The position numbers and the translations under genes are program-made. A stretch of DNA of 57,168 nucleotides, the filler included, from Platydemus manokwari (lineage: Eukaryota): assembly GCA_037951405.1 (NCBI GenBank). It is 4 parts of 4 records of this genome, joined end to end, with 100 filler letters (N's around TTAATTAATTAA, not from the genome) between each part and the next. Parts side by side here need not be neighbours in the genome. Positions count along the whole stretch, not along the records: positions 39,852 to 57,168 come from JBBMOY011105886.1; 3 more parts are not named here. One strand, given 5' to 3'. The notes beneath the pieces are model-generated. The model did not search any database and was not told the DNA's origin. It saw only the letters and a program-made list of their open reading frames with translations. Below, piece by piece: positions 40,530 through 54,600 of the stretch (the stretch's first letter is position 1; every line of letters starts with the position of its first letter).

Positions 40530-41683
40530 CTAACCCAGTGCTTCCGCCGTTTCATTTTCAATTGTTTTTGATCTTTCCGTCATCAGAATGTCGTCAATAA
40601 TGGGTTGTATTATACTAGATTGCCATTTCGTTGTCACTGCTCCTTCTTCTTCTTCTTCACCGGTTTTTTCATCATTGGTCTGATTTCGAAAACAAATCTA
40701 ATATTTGTAAGCATTTATGAAAATTGTTACCGCTGGAACTGGAGTGTATTCGCCATTCAATTGGCATTTGATGTGTTCGAAAACATATTTTCCTTTTCCG
40801 AGCATCTACAAAAAAATTAAATTGATTTTTTATTGGGATTGAATTTTAATATATCAATTATATGCATAATTTATGCTACTATTAATTTATAAGTATTATA
40901 TATAATACTTATTTTATTATACTTATTGTAATATATATGAAGAGGTTCCGACTGATTCTTAAAATCAAATTAAAAAAAGACCATTTTAAAAGACTAGTAA
41001 TATATGTTCAAATATTATTTTATTAGCCTTACCACTCCGTTTCTCCATTGTCCCACGTATTTATGATTTGAATGAATCAATTCTCCGTAGCCATTCATTT
41101 TACCTTCTTTCCACACTCCAACATATTTACTTCCAGTGGCTGCATAAAAGTAGCTACCCTGACCATGTCTCATGTGATTTTTCCATTCACCCTCATAATA
41201 ATCACCATTGACATAACAATACTTTCCATTCCCATTCCTTTGATCATCAATCCATGACCCTAAACAATACAATCTTGATCAAACTTTCCCGAATTTACTT
41301 CCTTTCATACCTTCATATTTACTTCCATCTGGATAGAAGAAAATTCCTTGGCCGTGTTTTTTATTCTCAAAATACTCTCCAATATAACGAGCACCATTTT
41401 TAAATCTAAGAACGAGATGAGAAGAAATTCGATGATGTTTGCAGTTTATTTTACCTGTATGTTCCTTGGCCGTGTCGCTTTCCATTTTCATACATGCCTT
41501 CGTATGTGTCACCATTTGGTAAGGTAGCTTTACCTGATCCATGTCGTTCGTCTTTTTCGTTTCGACCACCTTCGTATTCCTTAATGAAAAATGATAAAGA
41601 AGTTCATTAAAAACAAAAATCCGCTTTACTCCTAAATAAAGACCTTGTTCTTCCTCAATATCTTCAGATCCAGCATCAGACAT
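40530..41683 (-). CDS. RSPH1: Radial spoke head 1 homolog (MORN-repeat protein), ~241 aa
   Basis: Exons 41683-41630, 41579-41455, 41405-41311, 41259-41033, 40805-40731 and 40679-40530 join in phase. The N-terminus [46 protein letters not shown] is characteristic of RSPH1, followed by consecutive MORN repeats and an acidic tail. A tiny extra last exon (~40481-40494) is possible. Confidence 0.92.
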
Positions 41684-41822
41684 ATTTATTGTATTTCAAA
41701 TAAACGCCAAATAATGTGTTATAGTAATAGTTACTAATGGTTGACAATGATCGATATAAACAATTACTTCTATTTTAAAAATTAATATTTAAATTTTCAA
41801 GAATGGTTTGAAGTATTAATAA

Positions 41823-41913
41823 ATTTATATGATAAATAATTATTTTATTATATTTATATGATGAATAATTATTTTATTATATTTATATCATAAATAATTA
41901 TTTTACTATATTT
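41823..41913. repeat. 29-bp tandem repeat x3 upstream of RSPH1
   Basis: Unit ATTTATATGATAAATAATTATTTTATTAT repeated three times with few changes. Confidence 0.8.
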
Positions 41914-43758
41914 TTATGGAAAAAAGAACTAAAATTATTTTCATAAATTTATATTATAAATATTCGAATAACATCGAAGTTTTTTGTGAAAACTTATGGA
42001 TATATCACAATAATTGCTAATCAATATTCAAAGTAACAGAATTGATTAAATTATTTTTTTTAATATTCCAATAATTAACTTGTTTTTGATAAATTAATAA
42101 AAAATTTTCTTTAATTAAAATCTTTTTAACTGATCAACATGAAAATTGTCTTAGAATCCACCATTTTATCACTTACTGATCCAAACACAAACCAATTTTA
42201 TCTAATTTTCTTAAGGCTTCCTTCTGGGTTCTGAAAGCCTTTTGTGATAACTTTTTGATTCTCTGCTAGTCAATACCTGAAATCACATTTATTTAAAGCT
42301 TGTTCATTGTAATTTAGATGTCGATTTGGATTCATTTCGTCCAGGTCATATATCAGAGTTGTTGGACTTCCTGGCAGAAAAATTGAAAATTCAAGCATTT
42401 AAACAGGTGCTCTATCATATTCTTTTAATCGTAGGTTTTCTATTAAGATATGTTGAGAAAACATTAACCGGCTAACTCTCTACTCAGAGAATGAGGAGAG
42501 CGAAGAAGAAAAGGCTCCAATCACCAATATTTTATACGTTGAATGAAAGAGCAAAATAGCCTGGGTTAAACCTCTGCAGGCAACAGCAGAGATTAAATCA
42601 TCATAACCCGCATTACAGTTCCAAATTTACTCATCCACAACCCAAACATCCCAAACGTTCCTGAATTCAAAAATCCTATCGCACCAATAAAAATAAACCC
42701 TAAATTGAAAACATCCAAACTGGAATGTGAAATAGAGGCTTGGGAATCAGTGTAAGATTCTATGGTACTGCCTATTCATCCAAAAATTCTAATATCCATT
42801 CGATAAATCCTTAAAAAAGACAAGATATTGATCGCAATTTCTTCATGAATTTACTCTCGTGAATATGTGATTATTTAACTCTTTATGAACATTATTTGAT
42901 CCAAGACATCTGTAAATATTGAATATTGATGTAAAAATGTCAATAAAATATATATTATTATTTATAAAATAATTTAAAATCAGATAATTCTTGAACAGAA
43001 GAATTAATTAAGAATAAAAAGAAATTTAATTAGTAATTTTAAAGGTTGACAAATTATATAACGAAATTTCCAATATGAACCAAATTTAATGAATTTTTAA
43101 GTTTAAAGCACATTTAAAATGATAAATAATTTAAGACTAAAGTAATACAATTATTAAAATTTAGAGAAAGCGATGAAAAATTCTAGGTACAAAGTACCGA
43201 ATCTCAGCATCTATATAGGCTGATGGATTTGGATCCCAGTTCTCACTTAAAAACGAATTCAACGAATTCGATTAGTAAAACTTTCACGATTCGAAAAAAG
43301 GAAATATATTGTTAAAGGATAATCGTTATGTAATAATTGATCGATATCATTAACTTATAGATTTGTAATAATAAATCAAATACTGTTCAAAAGGATCAGA
43401 CCTTTTGTATTCACATATTCTGAATAAAATTATTACTAAAATTTTTAAGGAAAACGAACAAATTCTCACGCTCCCGATTAGATAACTTAACCCAGTTGTT
43501 TATTTAAAAAATTTTGTTTGAATTAAAAAGTCTGTAGGCTTGTTGTATCATAAATAAAAATTTTAATTTGAGACTTGATTTGGTAATTTGAATTATTAAT
43601 TGTTGACATATAAAACCAAAAAAATATCATACATAACCCAGCAGGTGTATCCTTGAATACACTTTATCTTTATTTATAAGACTTATAAGATTTATCTGGA
43701 AATTTATTTGGCGACGAATTAGATTAATTTCTCCATAATAAATTATTGAAAACATATA

Positions 43759-44414
43759 CCATGTGATTCACAAGTCTCCATCTCTAAAACCTAAATAAAA
43801 CAACAAAACACAGTATAATTTATACTCACATATTTATACTCATTGATATTAATTATTATTCATTGATTAATATGCTTTATTTCTTATTTCTAATTAATCA
43901 GTTGCATTATTACAAAATGGCGGAAGCAGCTGGTGATATTAAATTTTCGCTTGCAGATAAGGTGCTTAAAGTTAGCCATGCAAAAGTCTACTAGAGTAGT
44001 GCTAAAGTTTGCCAAGAATATTAACCAGCTAAGAAGACAGTCCAATACTAGAAACAGAAGCCTGAAGGAAAGTTCACTAAGGTCTTCAGACGTCGCGATA
44101 TTGGACTTTTGGATATGGAGCTACAAATTATACAACGGTCAACGAACTTGAAAAGGCAATTTCACACGAATTAATAAACATCAATCAAGAAATCGTCCGT
44201 AAATATTATTTAAGCTTCAGGTAACGATGCAATCTCGGTTTGGAGCAAGATGATGGACATTTTGAACAGTTGCTAAGAAATTGTTTATTATTTACTGTTA
44301 TTTATTTTGACTGTTATTATGTTTTGTTGTGCATTGAAGTAAGTCAATGCATTTAGTTTGTTCTTGCTGTTGTTTTATTTTAGTTTTAGAGACGGAGGCA
44401 TATGAATCACAAGG
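43759..44414 (+). mobile_element. Internally deleted Tc1/mariner-superfamily DNA transposon
   Basis: ~45-bp TIRs: left CCATGTGATTCACAAGTCTCCATCTCTAAAAC; right (reverse complement) CCTTGTGATTCATATGCCTCCGTCTCTAAAAC. TA at the left end. Transposase C-terminal relics LDFWIWSY and DGHFEQL. Confidence 0.8.
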
Positions 44415-45649
44415 TTTCTTTGAATCTTTACCTGAGTCAAATTGAGAGTGTTAATAAATTATGTGGTTTAATTTTAATAAATCTCATTACTAATCTGACA
44501 TTTCAGGTTGTGGATAAATAAATAAACAATCTTTATCGCTGATAGAAACCAATGTAAATCATCTATGAGTGATACTACAAAATTTTAGGATATATTGTAA
44601 GTGTTGTGCCTTGACGAAAAATGCTCTGAAAGGCCAATGATAACAGATTGCACTAAAAAGATCAAGATGCCGATTTAATTTATTTAAGTGAATATTCCAG
44701 AATTTGAAATTTTTGCAAGATTTAGAAATTTTAACGACATTCTACTCATCAAGAATGCTGGCCGAAATAAATGGATTATGTGATTAAATAAAATGATACT
44801 GAAATTTTAATGTCCACAGATTTTGACTCTAAGTAATTAACTAGAGGTTTATGTGATCCTTGATTCTGATTGTGACAAAATTAATGAGAAATGGACCAAA
44901 CCCAAGTTTGTAATCTGTCGAAAACAAACTCATACAATTAATCTCAAAAATTTATCATAATCTATCGTGCAAAAAAATTATTTTCACATTTAAATTCCAG
45001 CAGAACATCAATAATTCATTTCTCAGTCGAATTGCCCAATTCAATTCAATGTAAAATTCTATAAAAAAATATTTTCTTGATTAACAGCTAATAATTTGTA
45101 AATAACTATTTTGATCTTTATTATAGCAGTTTAAGAAGATTAATTTTGGTCATTAAATTAAGATATTGTGCTTATTTGATTTTGCTGATTTTAATCGATC
45201 TGTGATTTTGAAATTACGAAGAATTTATTGTAAAAGGAAGAGCAAAACGGCTCGAAAAAATATTGTAATAGGAACAGTAAACTACATAAACGTAAGAATT
45301 TAATAATAACAATAATAATTTATAATAATAATATCGATATCAGAGTTGTTTGATCAGCGATCATTCTTAATAAAGCTTGAAAATAATCTAAAACAATACA
45401 AACAGTTCTGTCACCATACAAACTATTGAATCCCCATTCGAAACAGATTAAAATTTAATAGCCAAAGAACAAAATAAAATAGTTCTGACATTGTCAGTTG
45501 GTTTTAATTGGATAAAATATAAGATTGACGAAGTGCTTTCATGTCTCTGTTTGATTAATCTCTGCAATTTTTCAATTTGGTTACTCTTAGTATTTATAAG
45601 CTTTTGATTGGTCAATTATTCTAACCATGGATTTCTGGAAAATTATCAA

Positions 45650-45663
45650 ATTGCTATGATAAC
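45650..45663. promoter_or_regulatory. RFX X-box-like motif ATTGCTATGATAAC
   Basis: Fits RYYNYY-WW-RRNRAC. A minus-strand CCAAT (45607-11) and a TATA-like element (45591-99) lie next to it. Confidence 0.35.
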
Positions 45664-46338
45664 CTGCCTGTTGTCATTGCAATGAGATTTTATTAATTTA
45701 TTTCGAACCTTATATTTTTGAAATGAGTTACTGTTGCTTATCAAACGATAATGCATTTATGGGTTTTATCGGGGAGTTTATCCCAACAACATTCTCACTA
45801 AACTCCATTACTATTGCTACTGATTCACAGGAATCTTTATGTACTCCAAATCAAAATTCGTTTCAGATCGATTTACTCCTTAAAAAGAATTTTTGAGAAC
45901 TGTATATCGATTATTTTATTGATCAATGTTTAAAATATCTGTATTGGTGTAAAATATTCATGGATTAATTAAAAAATCCTTTGTTACTATAACTTAAGAT
46001 GAGAATAAAATCAATAGAGGTTATTGATAAAACATTGTTTATTTAATTTTGGTTTATTAATTTGACATGCCGAGGTAGCAGCAACTATTCTCATAAAATA
46101 ATATCGGAAGAAACCAAGGCTACAAAGTCGGTGATCATCCGCAGTTCGTATTGGAATGAAATCACTTTCACAACCTATGATTCAGATGCAGATACTGAAG
46201 ACATAAAAACGAAAGAATTGGAATAAATTGCATGAAATTATTTCGTGATAACTCCTAGCTTAGACAGAAATGAGCAATTAAGGAAACGTTTGCTATGGAG
46301 ATTTATTTCTAGAATTAAATTAATTACTCCATATTGAT

Positions 46339-46352
46339 GTTACCATGGAAAC
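46339..46352. promoter_or_regulatory. RFX X-box GTTACCATGGAAAC
   Basis: Near-perfect 14-bp palindromic RFX consensus. A second, weaker site TTTGCTATGGAGAT is at 46289-46302. Confidence 0.5.
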
Positions 46353-47602
46353 TTTGCACTGTCATCGAAATCATTTTCCCTTTAGTCATTTTCTTCGATT
46401 CAATCGATTTCTCGTTATCCGCAAATATCAAACCAAAATATACAAGTGAAACAATTTTCAGCGAATGTAATTCACTCGTGTCATTTATCTTCCCAATCCG
46501 ATTATCAACTCATATTTCTAGGAAAGTAAAAGCTAACTATCAAATAACAATTATAGGCGCGACAATATGTTTCATCATTTTTAACTTAAATTGAAAATTG
46601 GGACTAACAGGTTGGAAAATCGTATCTGTTTACTCCAATAAAATGAAGATGTCACTAAATTTTCAGTCTGGGTGGGAAGATTATATAAATTATTATTTAA
46701 ATATCTATCATTATTTTGGATGTCTACAGGGATCCATTCAAGCTAGAATTCTGGCCTGAAATATTTGTATACCGACGGTTAGAATTTTAGGAAATATCCA
46801 AGTTAAATTAAAATTCCAGTTAGCAATAAAATTGCTCCCAGACCTTATCCAATAAGATTTTAATTTGTGTATCCAGTCTTCTAATCTATTTATATATAAT
46901 TATTATTGTTGGTGAAATTTAGGCTCAACAGAATTCTTAAGATCATATCACCAAACACAAATCGATTAATACACTATTTTTTGTAAGGATTTTATGACAC
47001 AAATCCACACAAATCATTGACAAACTCATCAATATAAAAGCTACTCATAAATATAAAAGCTTCTATAATAATATTTATGATATATCCAAGATTCGAGGAT
47101 ACCGATGAAGATCAGTCAGAACAAAATTGACTACTTAGGCAATTGAAACCAAAAAATTCTAGATTTAAGAACAATCAACCTCACAATACAAAACATATGA
47201 CGACGATAAACATTGAAACCAATGTTGATAAATTTGAATTTATAAATTGCTCTTTATGGTTAGCTTTCAATGAAGATCAATCGAGTCTCCACGTCACCGG
47301 TGTTCATCTCTGGTAATTTCGAAAAATTCTAACGATGAAAACAAAAAGCTAAAATTGAATTGAAATTCTTGCTATTGAAAATTTAAGCCATTGACACACA
47401 TTCTAAAATTACAACGAACTCTTAAAATAATATCCGATTCGTATTTGTCGAATCGAGAAACTATTCTTCATCCGTTGAGAATTGGCAAGATTTTTCATTT
47501 CTCAATCCATCTAATCTAACTAATCCATCTTTCATTAAGGAGTTCGTATCATTAAATAACAGTGACAATGTGTTACTTTTAGAAAACAATCAGACTAAAA
47601 TA

Positions 47603-47615
47603 GTTGCCTAGCAAC
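47603..47615. promoter_or_regulatory. RFX X-box GTTGCCTAGCAAC
   Basis: Canonical 13-bp RFX site. Confidence 0.5.
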
Positions 47616-48616
47616 GCAATTACTTACACAGATTATGTATGTCACTGGTTTTCTTAAGGTTGATAATAAATGTATTATTATCATAATTAATAAAGTAATA
47701 TTTGTAAAAGAGAAGTTATCATAGAATTTTGAAAAAGTTTGGGTTAAATTTGAAAGCGACCGTGGATTGGGAATGTAAAACTAATTTATTATTATGATAT
47801 TCTGTCTAGAAAACAGCACAAAAATGGTTGAGAATAATTTTTAAATGATTTATTGTATCTCTTGATGTACTTTAACGGTTTAAAAATAGAATTTCAAATC
47901 GACGAGAGAGCAGACATGAAATATATTTGGAATAAATTAGACATAAAATTTTTAATTGTAAAACGATGGTATTTATTATCATTATACAATTATTATTATT
48001 ATTATTATCGCTATTATTATTATTACAAGAATGCTGCCTAATTAATATGATCGATTCCTTTAACGTGCTGCAATGTAATTATAAAAAAAACAGGCAATTT
48101 TAAAAATTAATAATAATAGGGATTAATAAAACAATAACTCAAGAATCGTTCTGATATTAATATTTACAAGTCCAACAAAACTGGGCCTAAGAGATAAATG
48201 AAACTCGAGAAAAATATCATTGGTGATCTCACAGCCAATATGTTCGATCAGCGATATAACACTTCATAAATCACAAAAAATCATAACGATTATTTACAAG
48301 TATTGTCAAGGTCAAATTGTATCAGTTATAAATATATCAATGAACTTTACAATGCCATGTATTTGACTGGACTGTTATCATTTTGACGAGATCCAACGAT
48401 TTAATATGGTTTGTAATAATTATTATTTCCTGGCATAACAAAATGAATTTTCATTGGGAAACTGTGACTTATTGTTTTATCAAATGAATAATGGCAAATA
48501 AATAAATTCATCTGTGTATAAGATTTTCAAATATTTCAATCGATTCAAACAAAAAAAACGAATTAATTAAGATTTTATATATTGATAAAATAACAACAAA
48601 AACAAAATATTGATTC

Positions 48617-51600
48617 TTATTCATTTATCAAGAGCTGGTTGAGAAGAGCTGCCGAAGAGATATTGTCACCACCACCAACCGTTCTGATCACCTAAACATG
48701 GTGAACATATTTTAAATATCAATCAATAATCAATACAATAAATCAACCTTGGTACAAACCAGCACCGGTGCCACACATATTTCAACCTCCCTCTCCTCCC
48801 AACAACTGACTGGATCAGAATTTTTAAAATGAACTCGAGGACTATTTTTTATTCCACTAATCGAGAAAGAATCATCCATCAATAGTTTAGATCGTTCAAT
48901 ATCGATATTATGTATGCCACAAGTGTGTCTATGTGCTACTAAACTAGCCTTGGCAACAGCCGATCGTGAGCTGCGCCAGAATTTCGAATGCTTATTTGTC
49001 ATGATTATTTGATAACCTATTGTGTGTAAGTGAAGGCGTGATAGTCGATTTCGTGTGATATTGTGTGAGTTCCCATCAACGATGAGCTCCCACACTCGCC
49101 TCATCGTGTCTAACATTTGTGACGTTTTGGGATATGCGTTGGAAAGTGAAGTGATAGTATCATTTGCAAGAATACTGAACAGGTTAGGTAATTCTTGCTC
49201 ATTGAAACCTGTAAAGGAAAATCATTAATTTGAAAAATATGCGCATTTTATTGACAGATTATAGATTATATAACTATATGTCATTGGATATGATAATGAA
49301 AATTAAATTAATGATGTAATACTCAAACTAGTCAGAACATACAAACCAATGATGCTCCATGATAATCATTGAGCGAAGTACATCTCAACTTTATTTTTAA
49401 TCAAATCAATGAAATAGATGATAAATCAATACTGATAATTTTGTTGATGTGATTAACAGCAGAAATCTCATCCGGTTTTCGATTCAATGAGAAATCGATA
49501 AATTATAAAGACGCCTTTCAATGAATGCCAGCTTAATTCTTATTGAAGTTCAAAAAAAATTCTTCACAAAACTTGTTCACCGTAACGTTCTTAATCTGTA
49601 ACATCAATTGCCTTACCAATTCAAGAAAATATCTTAATGCATTTATCTCAATTATTTCAATGGATTAAAACAATTCTCCATTTATCTGTATTATTTTATC
49701 AAAACACTGAACAAATTGTTCACGTTAAATGATCATTAATGGAAATCGACATATATACCAATGCAAGTTTATTTTCAACTCAAACCACGCAATAATTTTT
49801 AACCCTGTTTGTACATTAGATTTTGAAAAACAAAAGGTTGACATCATCATTATAAACTACAGATTTGTTAAGCCACGCAACTATAAATTCAATGAAGAAC
49901 AATGAAAGAGCTTCATAGCTGTTTCAATCAAACAAGTGGTAATTTTTAAAATAAATCACGATAACTTGATTATTAATGATTTTTTATCTTTATTTCTTTA
50001 ATTTGAATTTTCGTCACAATATCTACACCAATCACTAGAAATTATGAATTCTCATTAGTCTACGTTGTACGAAAATATTGAAAGACAAAATCGAACCAAT
50101 CAATACTGAGCAGCTCAAAATATGAAACAAACACTTATCAAAATACGAATTCAGAAATCAATCATGAAAACATAACGATAAATGTTAATCACGATTTCCA
50201 TTGCTCGTCAAATCCATTTCCAATAATTTCAAACACAATGGAGAAAAAATGGCTTTTTAAAGAATAAATCTGATTTTGATAAATTTTTCCATAATATTAT
50301 TATGGGTTTCTTGATTTGCTACAAAAACAGTGCCCTATTTTCCAAACTGTAAGGGGCACCCACTAACGATAAGTTTACTGATTAAAATATTAAATTAAAT
50401 TTAAAATATATAACAAGATTCGATGTTCTTCATCATCTAAAAATGTCACATTCGCTTATATTAACATCATCACCGTCTTTTTAAAATTATTCCAGCCTTA
50501 ATAAATCGTAAAAATCTGTTTTAAGGTGCGCATTATATTCCGGAAAATACGATAAATGGATTTTTAAAATATTATAGCTTTTAGCGTGATTAGATCAATG
50601 AAAACGATCGATCAATTTTTCGATTTAATAGCTATGAATCAGTTGATGTGAAAACATGTGATACAAATAGTTAATATATCCATTATTTGAGACAAAATAT
50701 TTCATTTGTCAGTGCGGAATAAAAAATGATGTAAATTGTAAAGAAACTCAAAATATTCCCATGAATAAATTGGCTTCAATCAATAAATAGTGATTACTAC
50801 ATCATTTATTTTGTTTTCATTGTATATTTTGTATTTATTTTTTGTCAAATTTATCAGCCAGAAATATTGGTTTAGATTAAAATCAATTCTCATTTACCAT
50901 CTCCCGTATTTTTCCTATTTTTGGTTTTGTAAAAAAGAATTTCTTTCGATAACTTTATCCAATTAAATTCCAGATAAAGGACAGAAAATCAATACAATTT
51001 CTTGATTTATTATTATCGATTGAGTTAACCTATGGATGAAGGTAGTGGGCTAAAATATTTCCAAAACTCAAATAAGAATTTCAATTTAGTCATTTACAGT
51101 GATGAGACACAAGCTTCAGTCAGAGTAGATGTTAATCTATTCGTTAATTTTTTGGGGTTGTCTACAAAACTTAAGGGTTTCAGAATATGATATATTTATG
51201 TGAAATATTTGTTTTTGTATTTGATACGAATTATTTTGAAATTTAAAGCCTCATTAACAAAACTAGCCTCTTGATTCTGAAACCAGATGATAAAATTTAG
51301 AGAAATATTAATTTTTTAAGATGTAGTTTTGAACTTTTTCAATTCCCAATCTCAATGTGTACCGGTTTCAATCTCCACATATAATACATCGTGAACTGCC
51401 ATGGATTAGGTTTTCTTGCCCACATTTTATTCACACTCTCCCTTGTGATATTTTCATTTTATCACACAGCTTATTGAACAAACCATATAATATTGCTTTG
51501 AAATTCAATGACAAAACAATAGCCACTGATATCAAATAGCTCCAAACATGAAAATTGCCGATTAACAATGATGAAATAAATGACCAATAATAAAATAACC

Positions 51601-54600
51601 CCCCCCAACATTTATATATTTAGCCCATTTAAATATTAAAGCCCTTTTCTACAAAAGAATAAATGTGCTATCGAATATTAACACTGTTAAAACAATGGAG
51701 TCCATATGTTCTGTCATGGGAATTTGTTATATTATGGATATCACCGTTATCGCTGTTTATCCGGATTTGCAATGATTTAACAAAACATAAAATAATGAAA
51801 AATTATTTTAAATCCAATCATATATCCGAAATATTCCAATTATGGTGATAGTTGGTTGCCATGCTACCATATATGATTAACATATCAGTCGACATAAATA
51901 AGGAAATATTATTCATAAAAAAAAACCAGTGAAATAACAAACTAAATCATTAAAATAAAACCAATCAATTACCGAGAGAGTCAGCATAAGGAATGATTTG
52001 ATTTTTAAGCATTACGAAGAAATCCTTCTCAATGAACGACGCCATTTCAAAATGAATCGGCACCGTGCTGGGAATCGTGGAGAGAAACTTTTCCAATTTA
52101 TCAATTTGTTGCTTCCTTTCACCTAGAAAACAAATGATAATTGGTATCGCGCGCTACAATTCTCTGTCGATCAATATGAATTTATAATGATATTTATCGC
52201 TACTTTATTAATCTTAAAATAGAAATAAACTGGTATTTATTTATAAAATGGTTTTAGTTAATATTGCCGTGAAGAATACACTGATATGGAATCGATATGT
52301 CAGTGCATGCAGGCACCCACGGTCAAATGGTGTCGTCAATGTTGAGTGAAATTTCGAAATACAATCCAATAAAATATAAAACCGTACCATCGATGTACTA
52401 CAAAATTGGGATCACCATTTGTTCAATCAGTAACCCTTCCTAATCCTTCCAATATTATTAATAATAATATTTAAAATCGATAATATGAACCTAATATATC
52501 CAATAATAATATCAAAAATATTGATAATATCCACATAAATATCAAGAGTTATGAGAACTACCACTAATAAATCGGTTTACTTTCGAGTACCAACTCCACA
52601 ACTTAGATTGTAATACCCACCAACCATTTAACTTCAATATCATTTACCCCTGAATCATGAACATTTTTGGTTGCCCTATGCTATAATAGCAATATTAATG
52701 AGGACTATTACAATGAAGAGCCCAGCCAATAAAAATAAAGTTTTATTAAAACAAATCATTGTTCTGATGTTTGATGGTGGAAATGATACTAATTGGTGAC
52801 CGTTGAGAAATTGTCACAAAATCGGAACAAATGCAGCCCAAAGTAATAACTTAGTAAAATCGATTGAAAATTGGACTCTGGCCTTTTCGAGAGATTATAA
52901 ATCGGTGCAAGTGATTCGACCGATTTAAGGATAGAAAAACAACAATTTATTAAAATTGGTGGGAATTTGAAATACAAAAATAAAATAGATTGGTTTACTG
53001 CACAGTGCTGTCAATAAACCGGTGCAAATACGAATGCAATTCGTTTTAGATTGCCATTTCGTGATCAGACAAGATAGCCTGATTGCTGACCTGAACAAGA
53101 AGGAAAAAAATTATCGAGAAGGAATTTTTGAAGAAATTCAAGAGAAGAGTTTACAAATAATTTTATTTATTTATCATTAATTGTTGATAGGGAATTCGTG
53201 AAGAGTATTTCTGAATACCTGTCACAGAGCACGGAGGAGTAGATCCTCAACCGGTTTTTTCAATTTTGCGTAAGGGCTTGTTCCGGTTTTCAGTGACAAA
53301 CTTATTTAAGGGCTTGACTCATGTGATTTGATTTATTAAGAGTGAAAAGGCTTGTACAGCGTAATAATAAATCTTAATTATCGATTTATTTGTCTTTTGG
53401 TGTCAGATTAATAGTTTACGAGAATTGCTGTGCTTCACATCAGGTAGACCCATCAATAATAATAAATTAATAATAATATAATCAATCTAAAAACCTTCTC
53501 GATATGGAAACCCATCCATCATTTGAAGACCTCCAAGAACGAAAATATCAGGCTGAAAATTTGTAATTTGTTTTGCCATTTCTTCTAATCCAGTTAAAAA
53601 TGGAGTGTGTTTGTCTCGATGGACGATAAATCTAATAAGTGATAAAAAAAACAACCAAATCAGCTCAACACTATCAACCTATTCGCTCTCGGACATTTCA
53701 AAGAACCCCACCGTTCTCCAACATCAAATTCCAATATCAAATGCCGATCTTCTGTTTCATGATCCGATGTTATTGCTACAGCTAGAGAAAATCAATACAA
53801 AACTCCATTACAATGCCTTAGGGGTAATCAATAATGAAACCTGAAACATTATGATGCAAGAACGATATTTGACTTGTCGATAATTTTGCACCCAACAATA
53901 CCACAGCACCATCATTGGCCAATCGATTGGCCATAACAGGTGCATTTCCTCCCAAGAACGTTTTCGTGATTTCTGTCAACGATGAAACTGATTCTTGGAT
54001 TTTTTCGAACAAATCAGCATTTTGCAAATATCGTCTAGATGATTTTTATTGGGGAGAGATCATTTGTAAATAATAATAAATTCAAATTATTATCAAATTG
54101 GTGTTCGTTTGTTATAATTTTTTATAAAAAAAAATCATAGATATGGTGGAAATTAATGGAAAAAAAATACCCATTTATGCAGCAAAACAATGAATAAAAA
54201 TAAAAGAAACAAAAAATAATTAAAAAATATTCTAAATTTTTCATTAATTTATCAATAAAAATTTGAAAATCAATCAATATTATTTGTGATCATAATGAGA
54301 ATTATTTATATTGATAAGCACAACATCTATTCCAGACACTAGTTAAAAATTCTGAATTCTAATACTAGAATATTTCTCTAATATTTCCAATATTCCAAAC
54401 AACCAATCACAATCAAGCAAAAATGAATATTATCGCACATATGCCCACTAATCTGAAATTTTAAAGAAATCACAATGAAATCAAAATTTCAATGACCAAC
54501 TTGAAAATTCATAAATAAAACCCAATTGATTTTATGTGATTTATTTGGGAAATAGTGACAACACATAGACTATTCCTAGTGAAAACAACAGATTTTGCAA

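Noticed and set aside
41279-41683. ORF-track 134-aa ORF as a standalone protein
   Set aside because: It reads through two introns; the spliced RSPH1 model explains it.
49300-50600. LINE-like fragments (AWLNK, GIYVDF, LSW) in ADPGK intron 5
   Set aside because: Plausible but too fragmentary to call.
51350-51900. Hydrophobic peptides suggesting a nested GPCR pseudogene
   Set aside because: No diagnostic motif; hydrophobic translations are expected from AT-rich DNA.
52300-52760. Signal-peptide-like start and NGCG..SCGVGTR fragment in ADPGK intron 4
   Set aside because: Stops in all frames and no consistent exon chain.
53271-53355. Three AAGG(G)CTTG motifs spaced about 36-39 nt (CRISPR-like spacing)
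   Set aside because: The repeat is only about 9-10 nt and the context is a eukaryotic intron; likely LTR debris.
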